Source: Candidatus Rokuibacteriota bacterium (GTDB taxonomy: Bacteria; Methylomirabilota; Methylomirabilia; Rokubacteriales; DASRDR01). From it: a stretch of 55,096 nucleotides of DNA. Location: positions 1-55,096 of the forward strand of contig JBIOTN010000158.1 of assembly GCA_044866005.1 (NCBI GenBank), given 5' to 3'. A program made the translations under genes and the position numbers. The notes beneath the pieces are model-generated. The model was not told where the DNA came from. It ran no database searches and was given only the letters and a program-made list of their open reading frames with translations. Positions within the stretch are counted from its first letter, which is position 1, and every line of letters begins with the position of its first letter. This document shows positions 45,758-55,096 of this stretch, in pieces.

Positions 45758-46888
45758 ATGACAGAGCGATCGATCCGCCGTGGCCTCCTCCTCCTGGCCC
45801 TGGCGGCGGCCGCCTGCTCCCGAAGCCCGGGCTCCGAGAGCCGGCCGGCAGCCCCGGCCCCCGTACCGGTCACCGCCGCCGCCGTCAGCCAGAAGGCGGT
45901 GCCCGTCCAGGTGCGGGCGATCGGCACCGTGCAGCCCTCCAACACGGTCACGGTCCGCGCGCGCGTCGGCGGCATCCTGGCCGAGGTCCACTTCAAGGAA
46001 GGCCAGGACGTCACGGAAGGCCAGCGGCTCTTCACGCTCGACCGCGGCCCGCTCGTCGCCCAGCTCCGCCAGGCGGAAGCGAACCTGGCGAGGAGCGCGG
46101 CACAGCTCGACCAGGCCCGCCGGGATGCCGAGCGCTCCGCCGAGCTGGTCAAGCAGGGGTTCATCGCCCGGCAACAGTACGACCAGGCGGTCACCCAGGC
46201 GGCGGCGCTCGACGCCTCGGTCCGCGCCGACCGCGCGGTCGTCGAGAACGCGCGCCTCCAGGTCGACTACGCGTCCATCCGCGCCCCCATGAGCGGGCGG
46301 GCCGGCGCCCTTCTCGTCCACGAGGGCGACCTCGTCAAGGCCAACGACACCGCGCTCGTCGTCCTGAACCAGCTCCGGCCGATCGACGTGGCGTTCGCGT
46401 TGCCCCAGCAGCAGCTCCCGGACGTCCAGCGTTACCGCGCGGAGAAGACGCTGGCGGTGGAGGCGGTGAACCCGGGGGCGGGCCAGGCGCTCGGCCGTGG
46501 CGAGCTGACGTTCATCGACAACCGGGTCGACCCCGCGACCGGGACGATCCAGCTCAAGGCGACCTTCCCGAACACCGACACCGCGCTCTGGCCCGGGCAG
46601 TTCGTGGACGTCGTCCTCACGCTCACCACCGAGCCGGCCGCCATCGTCGTCCCGACCCGGGCGGTCCAGACCGGCCAGCAGGGCCGCTACGTGTTCGTGG
46701 TCACGCCGGAGCAGACCGCGGAGGCGCGGTCCGTCCGCATCGCGCGGGAGCTGGGCGAGGAGTCCGTGGTGACGGAGGGGCTCGCCCCGGGCGAGACGGT
46801 GGTGACCGAGGGGCAGCTCCGGCTCACCCCGGGGGCGAAGGTCGAGGTCAAGACCGCGACGGCAGCCGCCGCGCCCGCCGTGCGATGA
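45758..46888 (+). CDS. RND efflux membrane fusion protein (MdtA-like lipoprotein)
   Basis: Lipobox-like LAAAAC, V.ARVGG, IRAPMSGRAG, DN.VD..TGTI and LWPGQFV motifs. Confidence 0.92.
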   Translation: MTERSIRRGLLLLALAAAACSRSPGSESRPAAPAPVPVTAAAVSQKAVPVQVRAIGTVQPSNTVTVRARVGGILAEVHFKEGQDVTEGQRLFTLDRGPLVAQLRQAEANLARSAAQLDQARRDAERSAELVKQGFIARQQYDQAVTQAAALDASVRADRAVVENARLQVDYASIRAPMSGRAGALLVHEGDLVKANDTALVVLNQLRPIDVAFALPQQQLPDVQRYRAEKTLAVEAVNPGAGQALGRGELTFIDNRVDPATGTIQLKATFPNTDTALWPGQFVDVVLTLTTEPAAIVVPTRAVQTGQQGRYVFVVTPEQTAEARSVRIARELGEESVVTEGLAPGETVVTEGQLRLTPGAKVEVKTATAAAAPAVR

Positions 46889-49800
46889 CCGCGCTCTTCA
46901 TCCGGCGGCCGGTCATGACGGCCCTCGCCATGATCGGGCTCGCCCTCTTCGGCTTCCTCGCCTATCGCGAGCTGCCGGTGAGCGACCTGCCGGCCGTGGA
47001 CTTCCCGACGATCCAGGTCTCGGCGGCGCTGCCCGGGGCCAGCCCCGAGACGATGGCGGCGGCCGTGGCCACGCCGCTGGAGCGCCAGTTCTCCACGATC
47101 GCCGGCCTGGCCGCGATGACGTCCACGAGCTCGCGCGGATCGGCCCAGATCACGCTGCAGTTCGTGCTGGAGCGGGACGTGGATGCCGCGGCCCAGGACG
47201 TCCAGGCCGCCATCGCGCAGGCCGGGCGGCAGCTCCCGCCCGACATGCCGAGCCCCCCGTCCTACCGGAAGGTGAACCCGGCCGACCAGCCGATCCTCTT
47301 CCTGGCCGTGAGCTCGCCCACGCTCGTCCTCTCGAAGGTCCACGAGTACGCGGACACCGTGCTCGCGCAGCGGATCTCCACGGTCCCGGGCGTGGCGCAG
47401 GTCCAGGTCTTCGGCGCGCAGAAGTATGCGGTGCGGGTGCAGCTCGACCCGCGCGCCCTCGCCACGCGGGGCATCGGCATCGACGAGGTGGAGCAGGCCC
47501 TCCGGCAGAGCAACCCGAACCTGCCGACCGGCACCCTCCAGGGCCCGAGCCGCGCCTTCACCCTGGAGACCGCCGGCAAGCTCACGGAGGCGAGCGCCTA
47601 CCGGCCGCTCATCGTCGCCTACCGGGAGGGCGCGCCCGTGCGCCTGGAGGAGCTCGGCCGCGTCGTCGACGGCGTCGAGAACGAGCGCGTGGCGAGCTGG
47701 TTCAACGACACGCGCGCGGTCGTCCTGGCGGTCCAGCGCCAGCCCGGGTCGAACACGGTGGGCGTGGTGGACGGCATCCAGCGCCTCCTCCCGGCCCTGC
47801 GCGCCCAGGTGCCCGCCGCGGTGCGGGTCGACGTCGTCTTCGACCGCTCCCAGGCGATCCGCGAGTCGGTCCGCGACGTCCAGGTGACGCTGCTCCTGGC
47901 CATGGCGCTGGTCGTGCTCGTGATCTTCCTCTTCCTCCGGAACCTCTCCGCCACGATCATCCCCGGCGTGGCGCTGCCGCTGTCGATCGTCGGGACGTTC
48001 GGGGGCATGTACCTTCTCGGCTACAGCCTCGACAACCTCTCGCTCATGGCGCTGACCCTCTGCGTCGGGTTCGTCGTGGACGACGCCATCGTCGTCCTGG
48101 AGAACATCGTCCGGCACATGGAGCAGGGGAAGTCCCGGCGCGAGGCCGCGCTCGCCGGCGCGGGCGAGATCGGCTTCACCATCGTCTCCATGACGCTCTC
48201 GCTCGTCGCCGTCTTCATCCCGGTCCTCTTCATGGGCGGGATCCTCGGTCGCCTCCTCCGCGAGTTCGCCGTCACGATCGCGGTGGCCATCCTCCTCTCC
48301 GGCGTCGTCTCGCTGACCCTCACCCCCATGCTGGCGAGCCGCTTCCTGCGCCCGCCCGGGGAGGGGCGCGGCCGGCTCTACCGCCTCTCCGAGCGCACCT
48401 TCGCCTGGAGCCTCGCCCGCTACGAGGCCACGCTCGGCTGGTCCCTCCGCCACCGCCGGGCGGTCCTCGGGGGCTTCGCCCTGACGCTCCTCCTGACCGG
48501 GTACCTCTTCGTCGCCGTCCCCAAGGGCTTCATCCCGAGCCCGGACACGGGCCAGGTGGTCGGCTTCACGGAAGCGGCGCTGGAGACCTCGTTCGAGGCG
48601 ATGGTCCAGCAGCAGCGCGCCGTCAACGCGGTCATGGGGGCCGACCGGAACATCGCCGCCTACGTCTCGGTGGTGGGCTTCTCCGGCAGCAACCAGGGGC
48701 TGGTGTTCGCCCGGCTCAAGCCGCGGCGGGAGCGGCCCGGCGTCGAGCAGGTCATCGGCGAGCTCCGGCCGAAGCTCGCGGCCGTGCCGGGCCTCCGGGT
48801 CTACCTCCAGAACCCGCCGGCGATCCGGATCGGCGGCCAGCTCACGAAGGGCCTCTACCAGTACACGCTCCAGGGCGGGGACACCGCGGAGCTCTACCGG
48901 TGGGCGACCGGCCTGGAGGGCCGTCTGCGGCAGGTGCGCGGGCTCCGGGACGTGTCGAGCGACCTGCAGCTCACCAGCCCCGAGGTGGTGGTCGACGTGA
49001 ACCGCGAGCGCGCCGCGGTCCTCGGGCTCACCCAGGGCCAGATCGAGAGCGCGCTCTTCGACGCCTACGGCGCACGACAGGTCGCGACGATCAACACGGC
49101 GTCGAACCAGTACCAGGTGATCCTGGAGCTCGCGCCGCCCTACCAGCGCGACCCGGCCGCGCTGGCCATGCTCTACGTCCGGTCGACCGCCGGGCGGCTG
49201 GTGCCGCTCGGCGCCGTCGCGACCATCAGCCAGGGCACGGGCCCGCTCACGGTCGGCCACGTCGGGCAGCTCCCGGCGGTGACGCTCTCCTTCAACCTCG
49301 ACCCCGGCGTCTCGCTCGGGGACGCCGTCGGCGCCATCACGCGCGTGGAGCGGGAGCTCCGGATGCCCGCCACGATCGCCACCAGCTTCCAGGGCGCCGC
49401 CCAGGCGTTCCAGGCCTCGCTCCAGGGCCTCGGCGTGCTGCTCCTCATCGCCGTGCTGGTCATCTACCTCGTGCTGGGCATGCTCTACGAGAGCTTCGTC
49501 CACCCCCTGACCATCCTCTCGGGCCTGCCCTCCGCGGGGGTCGGGGCGCTCCTGACCCTCTTGCTCTTCGGGCGCGACCTCGACTTCTACGGCTTCATCG
49601 GCGTCATCATGTTGCTCGGGATCGTGAAGAAGAACGCGATCATGATGATCGACTTCGCGCTCGACGCGCAGCGCGCGGGCAAGCCGCCGGCCGCGGCGAT
49701 CTACGACGGCGCCGTGGTGCGCTTCCGGCCGATCATGATGACGACGCTGGCGGCGATCATGGGGACGCTCCCCATCGCGCTCGGCTTCGGGGCGGGGTCG

Positions 49801-50022
49801 GAGGTGCGGCGGACGCTCGGCCTCGCCGTCGTCGGCGGGTTGCTGCTCTCGCAGATCCTCACGCTCTACGTCACGCCGGTCATCTACCTCTACCTGGAAG
49901 ACCTCCGCGCCGCGGTCCCGGCGGCCCTCCGACGGCCCTGGCTCCGCTCGAGCCGGGTTGTCCGGCGCGAGCGCCCGGTGGCGACCGCCGAGGAGAAGTC
50001 CGCGTCACCCCGTCGTGTCTGA
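46885..50022 (+). CDS. RND efflux permease (MdtB/MdtC-like)
   Basis: FIRRPV.T, LP.VDFPTI, GFVVDDAIVV.ENI, GIVKKNAIMMIDFA and RFRPIMMTT motifs. Confidence 0.95.
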   Translation: MTALFIRRPVMTALAMIGLALFGFLAYRELPVSDLPAVDFPTIQVSAALPGASPETMAAAVATPLERQFSTIAGLAAMTSTSSRGSAQITLQFVLERDVDAAAQDVQAAIAQAGRQLPPDMPSPPSYRKVNPADQPILFLAVSSPTLVLSKVHEYADTVLAQRISTVPGVAQVQVFGAQKYAVRVQLDPRALATRGIGIDEVEQALRQSNPNLPTGTLQGPSRAFTLETAGKLTEASAYRPLIVAYREGAPVRLEELGRVVDGVENERVASWFNDTRAVVLAVQRQPGSNTVGVVDGIQRLLPALRAQVPAAVRVDVVFDRSQAIRESVRDVQVTLLLAMALVVLVIFLFLRNLSATIIPGVALPLSIVGTFGGMYLLGYSLDNLSLMALTLCVGFVVDDAIVVLENIVRHMEQGKSRREAALAGAGEIGFTIVSMTLSLVAVFIPVLFMGGILGRLLREFAVTIAVAILLSGVVSLTLTPMLASRFLRPPGEGRGRLYRLSERTFAWSLARYEATLGWSLRHRRAVLGGFALTLLLTGYLFVAVPKGFIPSPDTGQVVGFTEAALETSFEAMVQQQRAVNAVMGADRNIAAYVSVVGFSGSNQGLVFARLKPRRERPGVEQVIGELRPKLAAVPGLRVYLQNPPAIRIGGQLTKGLYQYTLQGGDTAELYRWATGLEGRLRQVRGLRDVSSDLQLTSPEVVVDVNRERAAVLGLTQGQIESALFDAYGARQVATINTASNQYQVILELAPPYQRDPAALAMLYVRSTAGRLVPLGAVATISQGTGPLTVGHVGQLPAVTLSFNLDPGVSLGDAVGAITRVERELRMPATIATSFQGAAQAFQASLQGLGVLLLIAVLVIYLVLGMLYESFVHPLTILSGLPSAGVGALLTLLLFGRDLDFYGFIGVIMLLGIVKKNAIMMIDFALDAQRAGKPPAAAIYDGAVVRFRPIMMTTLAAIMGTLPIALGFGAGSEVRRTLGLAVVGGLLLSQILTLYVTPVIYLYLEDLRAAVPAALRRPWLRSSRVVRRERPVATAEEKSASPRRV

Positions 50023-50197
50023 CCGCCGCCCTGGCGGCGGCGCGGCCGTTGAACGGCCGGACGGCGCTCGGCACGCTGACGCCGGTCGAGTGGCTCCGGC
50101 TCGGTAACCTCGTGATGCTCCTCGCGACCTGACGGCTCGCGTCCCCGGTGGTCTGAGCCGCCGGAGTCCGCCGTCCCTGCTCCGCCGACCCCGGTTT

Positions 50198-51328
50198 CTA
50201 CAGCCGAACGATCCGCCGCTCGACGGCGTGGTAGAGCACGAGGCCGCTCACGTACGCGGCGCCCATGTTCCACAGCGCGATGCCGGCGGTGATCGCCATC
50301 ACGGCGCGATGCTCAGACGGGAGGTCGCCGTCGGTCGCCGACGCGGCGAGCTCCAGGCCGCCGAACACGAGGATCACGCCGAGGACCGGCATCGGGAAGA
50401 GGCGCAACCAGGTCGCGGTCGAGTCGGAGAAGAACAGCGCCACGACGAGCAGCAGCAGGCCGAGGATCACCAGCGCGCCGCCCGTCCGCGCGCCGAAGCG
50501 GACGTGCCCCGCCAGCCCGCCGGCGCCCCGGCACATCGGGACGCCGCCGAGGCCGGCGGCCAGCAGGTTCATCAGCCCGTGGTCGAACGCCAGGAGGCGG
50601 ACCGAGATCGGCCGGCCCGGGAACAGCCGATGGTGTTCCTCGGCGGTGGCGATGACGGCGTTCCCCAGGGTCAGCGCCGCCTGCGGCAGGGCGAGGACGA
50701 CGGTGCCGCGCACGAGATCGGCCCAGCTCAGCGATGGCAGCCCGACCCGTGGCAGCCGCCATGCCGGGGAGACGGCCGCCAGATCGCGGCCGAGGACCGG
50801 GTCCATCGCGAGGGCGGCGACGGCGCCGTACCCGAGCAGGACGAGCATCGCCGGAATGCGCGAGTGCCCGAGGAGCAGGAAGGTCAGCGCGGCGCCGCCG
50901 ATGGCGAGGACCGGGCCGGTGGACATCATCGTGACGCCTTCGGCGATGAAGCCGAGGCCCAGGCCCAGGACGAGGCCACGGACGACCGGCCGGCGGGTCA
51001 GCGCGGCGAGCCAGGCCACGGCGCCGGTCAGACCCATCACGAGCCAGAGGAGGCCCGTCACGAGTGCCGACGCCCAGACCATGCCGGGACTGACCGTGTC
51101 GGGGTGGGTGATGGCCGCCGTGCCGATCGCCTTCATCGGCTGGACCGCCATCGGCGTCCGGAAGTAGAGCCCGGTCAGCAGGGCGACCACTCCGAAGCCG
51201 AAGACGACCCCCTGGGGATCGAGGCGGTTCAGGGTGGTATAGCCGACGACGAAGGGGACGAGCGTGCCGAGGTCACCGAAGGCCCCGGCGAGCTCCGCGC
51301 GATTGTACGCGTTGCCGGCGAGCTTCAC
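50198..51328 (-). CDS. MOT1-family putative molybdate/sulfate transporter
   Basis: ELAGAFGDLGT, P..VQPMKAI, PQ..LTLGNAVIA and PMC.GAGG.AGH.RFGARTG motifs. Confidence 0.85.
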   Translation of the reverse strand: MKLAGNAYNRAELAGAFGDLGTLVPFVVGYTTLNRLDPQGVVFGFGVVALLTGLYFRTPMAVQPMKAIGTAAITHPDTVSPGMVWASALVTGLLWLVMGLTGAVAWLAALTRRPVVRGLVLGLGLGFIAEGVTMMSTGPVLAIGGAALTFLLLGHSRIPAMLVLLGYGAVAALAMDPVLGRDLAAVSPAWRLPRVGLPSLSWADLVRGTVVLALPQAALTLGNAVIATAEEHHRLFPGRPISVRLLAFDHGLMNLLAAGLGGVPMCRGAGGLAGHVRFGARTGGALVILGLLLLVVALFFSDSTATWLRLFPMPVLGVILVFGGLELAASATDGDLPSEHRAVMAITAGIALWNMGAAYVSGLVLYHAVERRIVRL

Positions 51329-51687
51329 GGGCTGCGGTCGGCGAACGCCGTTCGATACAACCGCCCGGCCAGGCGATCGAGCCGCGAGCGGAAGGCCGTG
51401 TATCGACGGAGGAACTCCCGACCCGCGGGCGAGAGCGATGTGCCACCCCGACTGTGGCCGCCGCGCGTTCGTGAGACGAGAGGGTAACCGAGCGCCGCCT
51501 CGGCCTGGGCGAGGTACGTCAGCGTGTGCCGATAGGACCAGCCGACCGCGGCCGACGCCGCCCGAAGCGAGCCGGTGGCGCTGATCGCCCGCAACAGGTC
51601 GACGCCGCCATCCCCGAGCGCGAAGCGGTTGCCGACATCAAGCCAGACCTTGTACCGGAGGGTCGGCCGATATGCCCGGCGGTGCAT
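51325..51687 (-). CDS. ModE N-terminal-like winged-helix regulator
   Basis: KVWL, LG.G...LL.AI..TGSL.AA...GWSYR and RGG...GGT.L.P.G motifs. No TOBE domains. Confidence 0.85.
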   Translation of the reverse strand: MHRRAYRPTLRYKVWLDVGNRFALGDGGVDLLRAISATGSLRAASAAVGWSYRHTLTYLAQAEAALGYPLVSRTRGGHSRGGTSLSPAGREFLRRYTAFRSRLDRLAGRLYRTAFADRSP

Positions 51688-51750
51688 ATCGGCTCATAGA
51701 TACCATCGCGGAGGGCGGCCGCGCAAGCCCCGGGCCGGAGCGGCCGGCCG

Positions 51751-54700
51751 TCAGTGGAAGTCGTGGGAGGGGATCGCGGCGCCGAGCGGCGGGAGCGGGG
51801 AGACGGCGGTCGCGCGGACGGAGATCACCCCGTCCTGGTGCTGGAGGATCCCGTCCACGAGGACGAAGGCCTCGTGGACGATCGTCGCGCGGGCGCGCGC
51901 GAAGAGGGGCGGCCGGATGATGACGTTGGCGATGCCGGTCTCGTCCTCGAGCGAGAGGAAGACGAAGCCCTTCGCGGTGCCGGGGCGCTGGCGCACGATC
52001 ACGGCGCCGGCGACCCGCACGCGCCGGCCGTCCGGGAGCCGGGCCAGCCCGGCCGCCGCCGTGACGCCGACCTGCGCGAGGTCGTTCCGGCGGAAGACCA
52101 TCGGATGCGGGCCGACCGTCAGGCTCGTCCCGCGGTAGTCGGCGACCACCGTCTCCTCGTCCGTCATCTCGCGGAGGGGTGAGGGCTCTGAGGGGCCCGG
52201 CCGCCCGAGCCAGAGCGGCCCGGCCGGCCGCGCCGCCCGCTCCACCTCCCAGAGCGCCCCGCGGCGCGTGAGCCCGAGCGGCTCCAGCGCGCCGACCTCG
52301 GCGAGCGAGGCGAGCTCCTCGCGGGCCAGGGCGGCGCGCGCCGCGAGGTCGTCCACCGAGTCGAAGGGCCGCGCGCCGCGCGCCGCCGACAAGCGGCGGG
52401 CGGCCGCCTCGCGGAAGCCCTTGACCGTCATGAGCCCCAGCCGCACGGCCCCGTCCTCGACCGTGGAGAGCCACTCGGAGCGCGTGACGTCGACCGGCCG
52501 GACCGCCTGGCCGTGGCGCTGGGCGTCCTTGACGATCGTCGCCGGGTGGTAGAAGCCCATCGGCTGGTTGTTGAGGAGCGCCGCGTAGAACTCGGCCGGG
52601 TGGTGGACCTTGAGGTACGCGCTCGCGTAGGCCAGGAGCGCGAAGCTCGCCGCGTGCGAGTTGTGGACGACCAGGTCGTTGGCCAGAAAGTTGTGGTCGC
52701 CCTCGATGTGGAGGTCGTACGTCTCCCGCACGCCGACGGGCTCGATCCCCACGATGCGGTCCCAGTGGATCTCCGACATCTCGAGCTCGGTCAACCCAGC
52801 GCGGGCCGACGCGATGTCATCGCCCACGAGGAGGGTCCCCAGGGCGCGCCAGCCATCCGGTGTCAGCAGGGGGTGCTCGCGCGTCGCCAGGATCTCTCGG
52901 CCGAGCGCCGTGCGCAGCCGATAGACCAGGCGGCGACCGCTGGCCGTGGCCTTCACCACGCGTCGTTTCCGGAGCTTCATGCTCGCGTCGCAGGCGAGCG
53001 TGCTGCCGAGCGTCACCCGACCGGCCACCACGTCCTCGATCCGCACCCGGCGTCCCGTGCCCGCGTCGAGGACGCGCGTGTCTCCGACCACGCACTCGGG
53101 GAAGCCGTACTCGGCGAACGAGGTGATGGCGCGGACGATCTCCTCGGCGGGGGCCCCCGTGATCCCGTTCCGCGCGATCCCGGCGCGGAGCTTTCTCTCC
53201 ACCGCCTTCATCCGCGCCTCGGAACGCCGGAAGCCGAGGGCGCGCCGGAGCTCCTCCGCCTCGCCGCCCGTGAACCCCGCGGCGACCATGGCCATCCGGA
53301 GGAGCTGCTCCTGGAAGAGCGGGACGCCGAGCGTCCGCCGGAGGATCGGCTCGAGCGACGGGTGCGGATAGCCGACGGGCGCCCGCCCCGCGCGCCGCGC
53401 CAGATAGGGATGGACCATGTCGCCGACGATCGGCCCGGGACGGATGATCGCGACCTGGACGACGAGGTCGTAGAAGCGCTGGGGCCTGAGGCGCGGGAGC
53501 GTCGCCATCTGCGCCCGGCTCTCCACCTGGAAGACGCCGATCGTGTCCGCCTGCTGGAGCTGCGCGTACACCGCGGGGTCGTCGGGCGGCAGGTGCGCCA
53601 GGTCGACGTCGCGCCCGGCCGCGCGGCAGAGCGCGAGGGCGTCCTGGAGGACCGCCATCATCCCGAGCCCCAGGAGGTCCACCTTCACGATCCCCAGGTC
53701 GGCCGAGTCGTCCTTGTCCCACTGGACGACGACGCGCCCCGGCATCGTGGCCGGCTCCAGCGGCACGATCTCGTCGAGACGGCCCGCGCAGAGGACCATG
53801 CCGCCCGAGTGCTGGCCGAGGTGGCGCGGGAGCCCCAGCACCCGCGCCCACAGCTCGGCGAAGCGGCGGATCCGCGGGTGCTCGGGGTCGAGGCCCGCGC
53901 GCGCGAGGTGGCGCGCCGGCGTGTCGGCGGGGTCCTGGAAGCCCCAGTCGTCGACGAGCTTGGAGAGGCGATCCAGGAGGTCCGGGGGAAAGCCGAGCGC
54001 CTTGCCGACCTCCCGCGCCGCGCTCCGCGGCCGGTAGGTGATGACGTTCGCCGTCATGCCGGCGCTCGTCGCGCCGTAGCGGCGGTAGACGTACTGGATC
54101 ACCGCCTCGCGCCGGTCGCCCGAGGGCAGGTCGATGTCGATGTCGGGCCACTCGTGGCGCTCCTCGGAGAGGAAGCGCTCGAAGAGGAGGTCCATGCCGA
54201 TCGGGTCGACGGCCGTGATCCCGAGGCTGTAGCAGACGGCGCTGTTCGCCGCCGAGCCGCGGCCCTGGACCAGGATCCCCTGCTCGCGGCAGTGGCGGAC
54301 GATGTCCCAGACGATCAGGAAGTAGCCGGCGAGGTCGAGCTTTCCGATGAGGTCGAGCTCGCGCGCGAGCTGGCGGCGCACGCGCTCGCCGACCGGCCGG
54401 TAGCGCGCGCGCGCGCCCGCCTCGGTGAGCGCGCGGAGGTAGGCGATGGGCGGGCCACCGTCGGGGACCGGGAAATCGGGGAAGCGGTAGCCGAGGCTCT
54501 TCAGGGTGAAGCCGAGCCGCGCCGCCAGCTCGCCGCTCTCGGCAACCGCCGCCGGCAGATCGGCGAAGAGCCGGGCCATCTCGGCAGGGGGCTTGAGCCA
54601 GCGCTCGAGGTTCGGCTCGAGGCGGCGGCCGGCGGCGTCCAGCGTGGTCTTGAGGCGAATGGCGGTCAGGACGTCGAGGATGGCGCGCTCCGGCGCGGTC

Positions 54701-54984
54701 GTGTAGCGCACGCCGTTCGTCGCGACGCAGGGCAGGCGGCACGCGGCGGCGAGGTCGACGAGCCGCCGCGTGCGCAGCTCGCTCTGGCGCGTGCAATGGC
54801 GCTGGAGCTCGACGTAGACCTGGCCCACGCCGAAGAGCGCGACGAGCCGCTCGAGCGTCCGCCGCGCCGCGTCGCGCCGCCCCGCGGCGAGGTCGGCGGC
54901 GAGCGGACCGTCGCCGCCGCCGGTCAGGCAGACGAGCCCCCGCGTCGCGCCCTCCAGGTCGTCGAGCGTCGCGCGCGCCTGGCC
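51751..54984 (-). CDS. dnaE2: Error-prone DNA polymerase III alpha (DnaE2/ImuC), intein-containing, N-terminus missing
   Basis: GRGSAANS.VCY, LFERF, PDIDID, QWDKDD, FQVESRAQM, GFPE/SHA, RQRPGTAKG and C-terminal SHDFH motifs. Confidence 0.93.
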   Translation of the reverse strand, partial: GQARATLDDLEGATRGLVCLTGGGDGPLAADLAAGRRDAARRTLERLVALFGVGQVYVELQRHCTRQSELRTRRLVDLAAACRLPCVATNGVRYTTAPERAILDVLTAIRLKTTLDAAGRRLEPNLERWLKPPAEMARLFADLPAAVAESGELAARLGFTLKSLGYRFPDFPVPDGGPPIAYLRALTEAGARARYRPVGERVRRQLARELDLIGKLDLAGYFLIVWDIVRHCREQGILVQGRGSAANSAVCYSLGITAVDPIGMDLLFERFLSEERHEWPDIDIDLPSGDRREAVIQYVYRRYGATSAGMTANVITYRPRSAAREVGKALGFPPDLLDRLSKLVDDWGFQDPADTPARHLARAGLDPEHPRIRRFAELWARVLGLPRHLGQHSGGMVLCAGRLDEIVPLEPATMPGRVVVQWDKDDSADLGIVKVDLLGLGMMAVLQDALALCRAAGRDVDLAHLPPDDPAVYAQLQQADTIGVFQVESRAQMATLPRLRPQRFYDLVVQVAIIRPGPIVGDMVHPYLARRAGRAPVGYPHPSLEPILRRTLGVPLFQEQLLRMAMVAAGFTGGEAEELRRALGFRRSEARMKAVERKLRAGIARNGITGAPAEEIVRAITSFAEYGFPECVVGDTRVLDAGTGRRVRIEDVVAGRVTLGSTLACDASMKLRKRRVVKATASGRRLVYRLRTALGREILATREHPLLTPDGWRALGTLLVGDDIASARAGLTELEMSEIHWDRIVGIEPVGVRETYDLHIEGDHNFLANDLVVHNSHAASFALLAYASAYLKVHHPAEFYAALLNNQPMGFYHPATIVKDAQRHGQAVRPVDVTRSEWLSTVEDGAVRLGLMTVKGFREAAARRLSAARGARPFDSVDDLAARAALAREELASLAEVGALEPLGLTRRGALWEVERAARPAGPLWLGRPGPSEPSPLREMTDEETVVADYRGTSLTVGPHPMVFRRNDLAQVGVTAAAGLARLPDGRRVRVAGAVIVRQRPGTAKGFVFLSLEDETGIANVIIRPPLFARARATIVHEAFVLVDGILQHQDGVISVRATAVSPLPPLGAAIPSHDFH
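52660..53094 (-). mobile_element. Mini-intein (145 aa, no homing endonuclease) in dnaE2
   Basis: Interrupts YGFPE|SHA. Block A CVVGDT, block B ATREHPLLT, block F TYDL.I and block G HNFLANDLVVHN followed by Ser+1. Confidence 0.93.
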
Positions 54985-55096
54985 CACGATTTCCGTCACG
55001 CGCGTCGACGGATCCGCCAGCACGAGCGATCCGAGGCGAAGGTCTTCGAGAAGGCGGCCGTCCTTGTTGACGATGTAGACGACGGCCAGCGTCTCC
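54985..55096 (-). other. MgtE-like CBS-domain fragment joined in frame to dnaE2
   Basis: ETLAVVYIVNKDGRLLEDLRLGSLVLADPSTRVTEI resembles the MgtE CBS pair rather than the DnaE PHP domain. Confidence 0.6.

Noticed and set aside
50023..50197. Possible gene remnant (GRTALGTLTPVEWLRLGNLVMLLAT) after the RND gene
   Set aside because: Too short, with no start or RBS and no recognisable family.
1..55096. CRISPR arrays, tRNA/rRNA, integrases, transposases, defence systems
   Set aside because: No regularly spaced repeats, RNA-gene signatures or corresponding protein motifs were recognised.

Overview
A very GC-rich (roughly three-quarters G+C by eye), gene-dense bacterial chromosomal segment. Gene content and style suggest a soil lineage such as Ca. 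Rokubacteria/Methylomirabilota, but that is inference only. In order, the window holds: (1) the start of a Dpp/Opp-type ABC operon divergent from a 7-gene cluster of four glycosyltransferases, a histidine phosphatase, a Methyltransf_17-like protein and a CE4 deacetylase; (2) a signalling trio of an FHA-GAF-adenylate cyclase, a PP2C phosphatase and a membrane Ser/Thr kinase; (3) 2-oxoacid dehydrogenase E1a/E1b/E2 without E3; (4) a LysR gene divergent from a glyoxylate-shunt operon with archaeal-like isocitrate lyase and malate synthase, led by an unannotated 54-aa Cys-rich ORF; (5) cupin-phnD-phnC-phnE; (6) a secreted cyclase-family protein, YcgR/YcgQ-like permeases, an Ig/TolB-like protein and DUF971; (7) an N-heterocycle/purine catabolic neighbourhood (amidase, pucG, amidohydrolase, BMP-type nucleoside ABC, two DUF1989 genes, quinone oxidoreductase); (8) an MdtA/MdtB-like RND pump; (9) a ModE-like wHTH with a MOT1 transporter; (10) dnaE2 carrying a 145-aa mini-intein, with its N-terminus joined in frame to MgtE-like CBS sequence at the window edge. 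Non-coding features include a dispersed REP-like hairpin repeat (4-5 copies) and a 79-bp MITE-like element. No rRNA, tRNA, CRISPR array or transposase was recognised. All family assignments come from motif recognition without database searches.
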